Below, piece after piece: positions 13,801 through 24,296 of a stretch of DNA of 64,000 nucleotides (the stretch's first letter is position 1; the number at the start of each line of letters is the position of its first letter). Source of the stretch: Azolla caroliniana (lineage: Eukaryota; Plantae; Polypodiophyta); the NCBI GenBank assembly GCA_043228905.1, contig JBHGNT010000017.1:16368001-16432000 (forward strand), in the 5' to 3' direction. Below the pieces are notes generated by a model. The model was not told the DNA's origin. It did not search any database and worked only from the letters and a program-made list of their open reading frames with translations. The position numbers were made by a program, and so were the translations under genes.

Positions 13801-16592
13801 CACCCCGGAAAAACCACACAAATGTACAGTAGAGAAGAAGAGTTGTACCATAGGTAGGAAATTTTGGTTCTCCGAAAATGGAGGTGGTACTATAGCCATT
13901 GTTAGCGGCCGGGAGAGGAAACGAGCGGAGGAGCGCCTCAAGGGATGCAGAGTCCTCTCCCCCGACGAAGAAATTAGCGGCGCCGTGGAGGCGGCGTCTT
14001 TTGACGACACCTTGGGCGAGTTGCGAAAGGTGATTGGTCAAGACCTTAGAGAAGACCAGACTGTTTCGGTTGGTTCGATGGGAATGTACGAAGTCATCGC
14101 GGACTTCGGGGAAAAGATCGGGTCGGATCGGATGGCTCGCGTGGATACAAAGTACAAGAATGTGGACCAGAAGGTGAGGCCAGTCGCGGCACCCTTGCCG
14201 AAGGGTAGCGAGGAGCGGATAAAAGGGGTCGCGTCGGACCCGAGTTTACGGAATCCGGCTGGCATAGGGCACCGGTTCACTGACATAACGCTACGGGAGC
14301 TCAAGGTTGGTGGGGGTGGCTTCCTACTGCCGGTGGAGGAGAACAAGTTTCGGAGAATGCTCAGAAGGCATGGGAAAGCCTTCGCGTTCTCGCCGGAGGA
14401 GATCGGGTGCGTGGACCCGACGGTCTTCGAACCGATGGTGATCTTCACGGTACCGCATGTACCGTGGAATCTCAAACCGATTCCGGTGCCAAGAGCTCAC
14501 ATCCCGAAGTTGATGGAGCTTCTGAAGCAAAAGGTGGAGATGGGCATCCTCGAACCGTCGAGTGCCCCGTATTCAAATCGGTGGTTTACAGTGCCGAAGA
14601 AGAACGGCACGCTGCACTTCATTCAGGACCTACAACCGGTCAACAAGGTGACCATCTGGAATGCAGGAATCGGACCAACCATAGACGAGTTTGCGGAGGC
14701 CTTTGCTGGAAGGTCGATCTATTTGGTTGGTGACTTATACTTGGGGTACGACCAGTTCCAGCTAGCTGTGGAGAGCAGGGATATCACGACGATGCGAACT
14801 CCTCTTGGCTTGGTACGGATGTGTACCCTACCACAAGGCGGGACAAATTCGGTGGCACATATGGTGAGCACAATGAACAAGGTGCTAAGGGACTGCATCC
14901 CGGATATCACCATGCCATTTTTGAACGACATCCCGATAAAGGGGTGTCCGATGGATGATGCGGACGAGACTGTCGGGCTAGATGGATGCCGGAGGTTCGT
15001 CATGAACCACATCAATGACTGCGAGAAGGTGCTGCAGAGGGTCGAAAACGCACGACTCACCTTCTCCGGAGAAAAATCGACGTTCGGGCAGTCGGAGATA
15101 TTGGTGGTCGGGCACCTGTGCGGGCCCTACAGTAGGAAACCGTCTCCGGCAAAGGTAGAGGCCATCTCAGCGATGAGGGACGATTGTGGGTCGGTCACGG
15201 AGGTCCGCAGATTCTTGGCATGCGCGTTCTACCACATCTGGATTCCGCACTACGCGTATGTTGCGGAACCTCTCTACGGGCTATTGAAAAAAAGGTGTGG
15301 GTTCGAGTGGAGGACGGAGCACATGGAGTCGGTCCGGAGACTAAAGGGGGCGCTTACGGTAGCGCCGGCCCTACGTAAAGCGGTTTACGGCAAGGGTGTC
15401 CCCATTTGCATAACGGTGGACATGAGCCTGACCGGGATCGGGTGGGTAATCAGTTAGGAGGACAAGGACGGCGTACGATTCCCGATCCGGTTTGGGGCGA
15501 AGGTATTGAGCAAGCGGCAGCGAGGATACGCCCAAGTTAAGCGCGAGCTTTGGGGTATTGTTTCGGCAGTCAAGGCCGACATGGACTATCTGATAGGGAC
15601 GGAGGTGATCATCGAGACGGACTGCCTGCCGATACTCGGCATGGTTTCCGGATGCGCGACGCTGGACCTAGCAATGCTCCGGTGGATAGCGTACATTAAG
15701 TCCTTGAACCTGGAGATACGGCACATCTCCGGAAAGGATAACGCCATGGCCGACATGCTTTCGAAAGCAAGGTTCAACAACGAAAACGACATGGTTTCGG
15801 ATGACGAAGAAGTCGGCGAGGACTTCTTCGGGTCGGCTAATGTGACGACGAAGGAAGGGGACACTCCGGCGCTTAACGAATTTGACGAAAGCAGGTACGA
15901 CGGGGAGTGGCTCCAAATCGGGAGGTTCCTACGGACGATGATGCCGGACGCAGCATGGACGAGAGAAGAGGCGAGCCGGGTACGGAAGAAGGCATACCGA
16001 TTCTTCTTGCGGGACAAGTGCATATGGAGGCACTCTAAGAAGAGAAACGGCATCCCGCTCCGAGTAGTGACAAAGAAAGAAGAATAGGAGAAACTACAGG
16101 CAGCATTTCACGAGAGTCCCTAGGCCGGGCACCGCGGAACGTGGACCACGTTCGAGAAGCTGAAGGAGAAGTACTGGTGGTTGGGGCTATACCAGGACGT
16201 GCATCGGTTCGTAACGACTTGCGAAAGCTGTCAGATGCACTCCATAGTCTGACATCGGGACGAGCTACACCCGACCTACCCGTCTACAGTCCATTTCAAG
16301 TGGATGGTGGACTTGGTGACGATGCTGATGGGGGCAGGACAGATGCGATACCTGGTGCTTGCACGGGAAGACTTAACGAACCAGGTGGAAGGCCGTGCAC
16401 TTCAGAACAGGACAACCGCGGCGGTATGCTGGTTCCTGATCGAAGAGGTAGTATGTCGGTACGGGTGCATCGGGAGGATCATGGCGGACCAGGGAGAGCT
16501 GGATGCATGGGAAGCTGAGGAGTTGTTCGACCGGCTAGGCGTCAAACTCTCCCTCACTACGGCGTACAATCCGGAGGTGAACGGGAAGGTAG

Positions 16593-16868
16593 TGCTGAGA
16601 ACTCGTCGTTCCTTATGTCTGACGCTCGGCCACAACCGAGATTCTTTTCATACACAGAAAAATAGGTAATGAAACGCGACACAAAGGGGAGAAATGGTAC
16701 ACAGGAGGTTTACGTGGAAAACCCCAAAATAAGGGAAAAACCACGGCAGCCCACAGGCTGCAAACTGTCACTATGTAGGAATATACAACAGTGAGTTCAC
16801 TGAGGCAACGACCTCGTGCTCTCAGATCTTCACCACAGGCGGAGGTTAAAACAGAGGCAACGACCTCG

Positions 16869-16900
<32 letters not shown>

Positions 16901-17375
16901 CAGTTACGCGCTCTCGCTTCTTCTTGCACCAACAAGGAAGAATAACAACAACAGAAACGACCCCACTAAAAGTTTGCCCTAAGTCATATTTATACTAATA
17001 TGACTTTTCGGCTATTTACAAATGTAGCCTCGATGGGCTCTCAGAAACATATTTACGAATATGTCTCTTCCTCCGGTTCATACCGGGCCTGCACCATCCG
17101 GCTCTCCGTAGTCGGGTACTCCCCATCCGGTTCATACCGGGCCTACACCATCCGGCTCTCCGTAGTCGGGTACTCCCCATCCGGTTCATACCGGGCCTAC
17201 ACCATTCAGCTCTCCGTAGTCGGTTACTCCCCATCCGGTTCATACTGGGCCTACACCATTCGGCTCTCCGTAGTCGGGTACTCCCCATCCGGTTCATACC
17301 GTTTCGGCCTCGGCTGAGTTTGTTCGTCGGCACTGCTCTTCTCCCTTCCCATCCGGAGGGACCTGTCTCCCAACA
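16593..17375 (-). mobile_element. Solo LTR E1 (related to the LTRs of copia element I)
   Basis: TG...CA ends; TSD GGTAG (16588-16592 / 17376-17380); removal restores NGKVEHGHG of B integrase. Confidence 0.92.
17073..17300. repeat. 54-bp tandem array (about 4.2 units) in LTR E1
   Basis: Unit CCGGTTCATACCGGGCCTACACCATCCGGCTCTCCGTAGTCGGGTACTCCCCAT. Confidence 0.92.
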
Positions 17376-20300
17376 GGTAGAACATGGGCACGGGCTGATC
17401 GTAAAGGCGTTGGTGCGTGCATGCGGAGGGCAGGTCGGGAATTGGCCGCGGCTCCTTCCTTATGCACTATGGGCGGACCGAACTACGCATAGTTCGGTGA
17501 CAGGGTTTATGCCGGCAGAGCTGATGTACGGACAGAAGCCGATCATGCTGGTGGAACGAACGGTTTCTTCATGGGCGGCGGTAGGTTGGAAGGACGAGAT
17601 GAGCCGGGAGGAGTTGCTGGCGACATGGATTCGGAAACTCGAGCGGAGCCCGGAGGACGTGAAACGGGCGAAGTAAAAGCTGCGAGTGGCCAGGGAGCGG
17701 AACAAGACCCGGTTCAACCGGACGCACCGGTTGCGACCAAAGAAGATCGAGGAAGGCGACTGGGTCTTGGTATACAACTGTAGCCTCGACAATCAGCACA
17801 AGGCGGTGCGAAAGTTTTCCAGGAGGTGGTTCGGGCCCTACACGGTGACGAGCGCGAACGACAACGACACGTACCACCTCGCGGAACTCGACGGGACACA
17901 GTTAGCGGTGCCGATGGCCGGGAAGCGGATCAAAGCGTTCAAGAAGCGGTTTGAAGACGAGCCGGAGCCTACGAGCGGGAGCGATAACGACGATCAGTTC
18001 GGGGCCGACAGAGAATCAGACAGCGACGAGTGAAGCCGGTTTTCTTCGGTAACTACCCGTTTCTGGCGCATGCCGGTGGATGCGCGGTTTGGTGGGGGTG
18101 GATGTCGTGAAGAAAACCGGCCATAGGTGGAATTGGAGAAAAGGGCGCATGGACCGGCTCTTACACGGATGGACGCATGAATTGATATTTTGATATTTTG
18201 TACATGATTCATAAATGGATCGGCTGATGTAAATACTAAGTAGTACACATTTATTAGGGGATTGTGCGTATCCCTGTCAGAAGGGACAGGGAATAAGGCG
18301 ATTTGACTAGGGATGGGAACTATTTAAGGAAAAGAGAGAGGGGAGAGAAGATATCGCGCGTTGGTGAGGATGAAGTGCTGCGGCAGAACCGAGTGCCGGT
18401 CTCTCTCTCTCTCCTCAAATCGTCGTTCTCTGCGGGTGTCGGGAGTTCGCTGACTCTGCTTTGTGGACAACCCGTGTGCTTCCAGGAGAGTCTCTCTCTC
18501 CTTCCCCTTTCCCCTCTTGTTTCTTCGAGTCGTGTGGCTGTCGTCGGTGTGCGTGAGTAGGACCCCGTGTCGGGTCCGTTACCAGGTTGCCGGTTGTAAG
18601 CTACTGACTATAGTAATCAGATTCCTGTTTTTCTTGATCTTAATATCTCTCTTTGTACTTGCATCTCTCTCTCTCTCTCCTTGGTCCGAGACCCCCGTGG
18701 TCCCGCCTCTTTCTCCACGCACGCGCGTAACAACGCGACACCGTTATGTTGTTCGGTCTAACCAATGCACCCGTAGTCTTCCAGCACATGGCAAATGATA
18801 TATTTAGAGACCTCTTGGATATATGTTTGATCATCTATCTGGATGATCTATTGATTTATTCAAAGACCTAGGAAGAGCATGATTCTCATGTACTATTAAT
18901 ACTAAAACGACTCCAAGAGAATGGTCCTTATGCCAAAATTGGAAAAATGTAGCTTTGACTGCAAGCAAGTGGAATTTCTAGGCTACATCATCTCCTCAAA
19001 GGGCATCTCCATGGATCCAGCTAAAGTCAAAACTGTGTTAGAGTGGCAAACTCCACGTTCGCTACGAGATGTATAATGTTTTCTAGGCTTTGCTAACTTC
19101 TACCGCAAATTTATACAAGATTACACGAAGATTATTTTGCCTCTCACACAACTTACGAAGAAGGGACATGCATTTCTTTGGTCCAATGAAGCGGACATGG
19201 CTTTTATGCATCTTAAGGAAGCCTTTACATCACCTCCTATTCTAGCTCATGTGGATACAAACAAACCATTCATCATGGAGGCCGACGCATCGGATTTCTC
19301 CCTTGGTAGCATCCTTTCACAACAAGGAGATAAAGAAAAGTTACATCTTGTGGCTTTCCATTCGCGCAAATTTGATGCCGTGGAAATAAACTGTGAGATA
19401 CATGACAAGGAGTTATTAGGCATTGTGGATTCATCTGTGCAATGGCGGTACTTCTTAGAGGGCTCCCCACATCAGGTCATCGTCTTTAGTGATAATAAAA
19501 ATCTTGCTTATTTCCAGAACGCTCGTGTACTAAATCGACGACAAACTGGATGGGCCCAATTCCTCACACGTTTTGACTTCAAAATCACATATCCGCTGGG
19601 GAAGTAGCAAGGAAAAGCAGATGCACTATCGCGGCGTTCATATCTTGCATATCGTCCTGGTGATCCAACATTTGATAATCAAAAGGAGGTAATCTTAGGA
19701 CCAACACGTTTGCACACAACACGGATTTTTCACACTCCACTAGATTCCAATATTATCGATGCCATACGTGCCAACTTGAAGACAAACAGTTTTGCTCAAG
19801 CCATTCTAGCGCAAATTGGTACCTCTCGGGCATCCTGTTCCTAGTCTCAACAACTAGGTATGGACTACCGACAATTTGAATATCATGATGGTTTGTTATT
19901 CTTTGAAAAACTCATATATGTTCCCGATTGCTCATGTCGCCTTCAAATCTTCCAAAATTGTCACGACACCCATACAACGGGACATTTCGGTAGTACTAAG
20001 CCATTGGATCTAGTTCAACGATCTTTTTGGTGGTCCTATATGCAACGTTTTGTCGACGACTACGTTCGGACCTGTGATGCTTGTTGCCGAACAAAGATGC
20101 CACAACATCATCCATATGGCTTGTTGGAATCCTTACCAATTCCAAGTAAGTTGTGGCAGTTCATTTGTCTTGATTTTATCATAGAGCTTCCAGTCTCGAA
20201 GGGTTTTGATGATATCTTAACCGTCGTCGATCGATATACTAAGATGGCACATTTTGTGCCTTGTTCTAAGGCCATCACAAGTGAAGAAACCGCCGCCCTT

Positions 20301-21180
20301 GTCATGCGTGAGGTATTTTGGCATCATGGCCTCCTAGACAGTATCATCAGTGAATGAGGACCTCAATTTGTCTCCAAATTTTGGAAGCATCTCTTTAAGA
20401 TGCTCAAGGTCTCTTGCAACCTCTCCTCCGGCTACCATCCCCAGACCGATGGGCAGGCGGAACGAACAAATCAAACGTTGGAACAATACCTTTGGTGTTT
20501 TTCGAGTTACCGAGTTACCAACAGGATGATTGGGCTGATATTCTCCACTTTGCGGAGTGTTCTTAAAATAACGTTATTCACTCCTCAACTCGAGGCTACG
20601 CAAGGTTCAGACAGATCTATCTACTCATCTTCGTCATGGTCAACACACATAGAAGACTTATGCGGATCGTCATCAGCTTCCTTCCTCTTTTGCCATCAGA
20701 GATCAAGTATGGCTCTTATGTCGTCACATGAAGACTACTCGACCATGCAACAAATTGGACTATCGACGACTCGGTCCTTTCCGTATTACGGGTAAGATTA
20801 ATGATGTCACGTTCCGCCTTGATCTTCCTCCGCACTTTCAGATACATCCGGTCTTCCATAGTTCTCTTCTTGAACCTTATAAGGCCAACACTATTCCCAA
20901 TCGTTTTACACCACCGCCGCCCTTGCTTGAGTTGGACGCCAGCTCGAAGTATGAAGTTGTTGTTGTCCCCGACACCAAGTTCGTTCGCAACAAACTTTAT
21001 TATTTGGTCGATTGGCTTAGCTATAGTCCGAGTGAACGCACTTGGGAACCCGTCGAGCATGTCGCCAATGCTCAGGATCTTCTTGCTGATTTCCACTGAC
21101 AGTATCCAGACAAACCCGGTCCTCAATCAACGCCGACTCGTTACACTCGTTGTCTTAAGGGGGGGATAGTGTCATGATAT

Positions 21181-21240
21181 GGCAAGACTCGAACTCATGA
21201 CCTTATGTTATATGGGTTGAGCTCTTGACCATTACACTAT
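21181..21240 (-). promoter_or_regulatory. tRNA-like Pol III A/B-box module, antisense, in U3 of A's LTR
   Basis: Minus strand TAGTGTAATGG...AAGGTCATGAGTTCGAGTC with tRNA-type spacing. Confidence 0.6.
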
Positions 21241-21473
21241 CTATTGTAATACGTAGGATGTTATTTTCATTTAAGTTTTACTATAGAAAATTAATGTATA
21301 TTCTAGATTTCTCTAGAACATTCTAGAAGCTTCAGGACTACTCCTGAGAGCACTATAAAAGGAGGCACAAGGCATTATTTCGAACCAAATCGGTTCAACG
21401 CCAGTCTTAAGCCTCATAGCTATTTTGTACTTACTCTTCATATAATATATAATCTGTTATCATCATCATCTCT

Positions 21474-22077
21474 TGTTAGGAAACAGGTCACTCCGGATGG
21501 GAAGTGAGAAGGCCTGGTGAGAACTGAATGACGAGTGCCCGGCAAGAGCCGGATGATGCAGGCCTGGTGAGGAGTGCTCACTGGATGAAGGGACATATTC
21601 GTAAATATATTTTTGAGAGTCCATTGGGGCTATATTTGTAAATATATTTTTGAGAGTCCATTGGGGCTATATTTGTAAATATCCGAAAAGTCATATTAGT
21701 ATAAATATGACTTAGGGCAAACTTAGTGTAGAGGTGTTGTCATTCTTGTTGGTGCAAGATTTGAGTGCAACTGTGTACAGAGAGAGAGTGTGTGTGTGTG
21801 AGAGATGAAGAGGACGTTGTCTCTGTTGTAATCGCCGCCTGTGGCGAAGACAGTGAACAAGAGGTCGTTGCCTCTGTGTTCATCTATTGTACATTGTAAC
21901 ATAGTGATAGTTTGCAGTCTATGGACTGCCGTGGTTTTTTCCCGTGTTTGGGTTTTCCACGTAAACATCATGTGTACTCTTCTCTTTACTGTGTCGTGCG
22001 TACATTACCCGTTTTCTGTGTTTGATCCTAGACTCGGTTGTGGCCGAGCGTTGTTGGCGGAGCATGTAGTCCTTTCA
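21474..22077 (+). mobile_element. Solo LTR E (copia I-related) inserted in A's 3' LTR
   Basis: TGTTAGG...CTTTCA; TSD TCTCT; homologous to the reverse complement of E1/E2; internal 37-bp tandem duplication near 21601-21680. Confidence 0.88.
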
Positions 22078-22208
22078 TCTCTCTCTCTCTCTCTCTCCTT
22101 TTCTCTCTTCCTCTCTCGGGAGTCTTACACAATCCCATCCTCTTAGTACTAATAGTACTTCCCTTCTCAATTACTAATTCTCTCTATGTTTTAGTACTAT
22201 TCCTGACA

Positions 22209-23840
22209 CAATTGAGCAATGTGAATACAACATGGTCAATTGTACTAACTCAGTTCTGGTACATCAAATCGTGCCACGCCACGATCATTTGCAATAGGAT
22301 GAGCGACCACCACCACGGAATAGAGACGTTGAATGACCCTGGGAGGATGATCAGCTTCATCGCAACGATGGCTACCACCCTGAACCAGATCTCTATCACT
22401 AGGATCAACACTATCGACCGAAGCCACCATACTATCACAATCATCCACGCTATTATTGTGACGAGCACTATTATCCGAAGGATCACTATTACCGGGATGA
22501 CTATGACTAAGAAGACTATTACGAACCACGATATCCACGGCACGATCGACAGCCCCGACATCATAATCGCGGCTTCCGACCTTCAAGGAATAATCGACGA
22601 TCCTTTGACAAACCTCGCCGAGACCCTCTGCGCACTGATAATCGGCAACCTCCCCAATCCGAGCCTTGTGAAAACCCATTGTAGTGCTATTCCCTAGTGG
22701 CTCGATAAGAATCAACTACAACATACAACACAGGCTCAATTCGAGCAAGGAGAGCCCAGCAACTCGGCCACAGTAACATGCTTCAACTGTAATCAAGACA
22801 GGTCACTACGCCACTCAATGCGCGACCAACAATCGAGGTAAAGCACCGACCGTAAACATGATTACGATAGAGGTCCAACAGGTCACCACCTGAAGTCAAG
22901 CCCAACAATCACAATGGGAGATTCAAGATGAGGTTCAACAAGCGACTAAGAAATGGATCAAATCAGCAAATCACACCAACACTGATCGAATGCACACCGA
23001 AATCAAAGAAATCAGTCTCATCCCATTGCATCCCTCTTCACCTACCGAACCACCCAATTTAGCAAGCGCTCACCAGCTGCAAAATGTCCATGCCTTTGCA
23101 TAAACTGTTGCAGTTGCTTCCGCACTTCAAGGGTACAGTCCAATCTCTCACTATCGACCAAGAACCAACTACCCTACCCGTACACCTCATGGCACCAAAA
23201 CCCGGACCACCACTAATGGATTCCCAGAACCCGGCGGTCAAACTTGTCATCAAAGTCTGCGAGGTCCACAAGTGCATTATCGATGGCGGATCAGGAGTGA
23301 ATGTTATCAGTGAGACAACATGCCACAACCTAGGCATCACGCAAGGGAACCATGTCTGTTTTGGCTTCGAATGGTGGATAGACGATCGGTTCGACTAATA
23401 GGGTTAATCCGAAATCTTGATTTCATCCTCAGTTGGCACATCTTCATAGTGTCCACAGTAATCTTACGACTCGACGCTCCTGGCACTTACCTGTTGTTAC
23501 TCGCACGTCCATGGCTACGAACAACTAATATCAAACAACACTGGCAGCGCAACATGATATCATTTTGCAGTGGGAAAATCAAAGTTCGGGTTGTCATGGA
23601 GAAACGCATTACGACGCCTCCCGACAACATCTCGTTGTATGCTAAAGGCCAGATGGAATCCTTCCCGGACGAGCATCCCACGATTGTCCCCCTATTCAAA
23701 ATCGACGTTCTCATGGCCGTAGAGCCATATCCATGGGAAATTGCGACAACAGACCACACAATTCCACACAACCCCGACCCGCAATCAATCTAGGAGTTAC
23801 GACACGCCCGCGATGCGCTCCAACACGAATTAACCATCTC
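22209..23840 (+). mobile_element. Element K: fragment of an older gypsy (gag-protease), outermost host of A and D
   Basis: Frameshifted CCHC (TCFNCNQ..HYATQC near 22777); protease CIIDGGSGVNVI and LLLARPWL; no LTRs in view. Confidence 0.75.
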
Positions 23841-23856
23841 TATCATGATATGACAA

Positions 23857-23910
23857 GACTCGAACCAATGACCTTATGTTACATGGGTCAAGCTCTTGAC
23901 CATTAGACTA
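23857..23910 (-). promoter_or_regulatory. tRNA-like Pol III A/B-box module, antisense, in U3 of D's 5' LTR
   Basis: Minus strand TAGTCTAATGG, 33 nt, GGTTCGAGTC; T8-G53 distance 45 nt. Confidence 0.62.
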
Positions 23911-24284
23911 TATGTTGTAATACGAAAGATATTATTTTCATTTAAGTTTTACTATAGAAAATTGATGTATATTCCAAATTTCTCTGGAACATTATAGAAA
24001 CTTCAGGAGTACTCTTGAGAACACTATAAAAGGAGGCACAAGGCATTATTTTGAACCAAATCGGTTCAACGCCAACCTTAAGCCTCCTAGCTACTATTGT
24101 ATATTATCTTAATATAATATATATCTTTTGTTATCATCATTCTCTCTCTCTCACTCACTCTTTCCTTCTCTCGAGAGTTCTACACCTCCCTTAGTACTAA
24201 TCCTCATCTTTTAGTACTAATTCCTTCTCTGTATTAGTACTGTTCCTGACAATACTTCTGTATCTTAGTATTGTTCCTGACAGT

Positions 24285-24296
24285 TTGAACTGATTT
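24285..24296 (+). promoter_or_regulatory. Self-priming PBS of D
   Basis: TTGAACTGATTT pairs 11/12 with AAATCGGTTCAA (24058-24069), 33 bp after TATAAAA; no TGG tRNA PBS. Confidence 0.75.

Larger units (their letters stand above)
13775..18033 (+). pseudogene. Element B pol: RT, RNase H, integrase (disrupted; split by solo LTR E1)
   Basis: RT (LPQG, FLND), RNase H (TDC...ADMLS), integrase core and GPY motif (WFGPY); no chromodomain. Confidence 0.88.
8590..18740 (+). mobile_element. Element B: Ty3/gypsy non-chromovirus LTR retrotransposon inserted in the RT of A
   Basis: LTRs 8590-11707 (split by C) and 18103-18740, TGTCG...CGACA. 4-bp TSD CCAT/CCGT; removing B restores FEYTVM of A. PPT GGTGGGGGTGGA 18091-18102. 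Confidence 0.92.
6831..22208 (+). mobile_element. Element A: decayed Ty3/gypsy chromovirus (Tcn1/Tf1-like), 5' end cut by the gap; 3' LTR 21170-22208
   Basis: gag (SGSALAWF; CLYCSGPGHIAINC), protease LLDSGA (7599-8162) and RT split by B between 8589 and 18741. RNase H, integrase (GYHPQTDGQAERTNQ), chromodomain (YLVDWLSYSPSERTWEP). PPT AAGGGGGGGATAG, LTR TGTCATG...CCTGACA. Many stops and frameshifts. Confidence 0.9.

Noticed and set aside
17073-17300. 54-bp array as a CRISPR array or an 18-aa repeat protein
   Set aside because: Head-to-tail units with no unique spacers, inside a TSD-flanked solo LTR; the ORF stays open only because 54 is divisible by 3.
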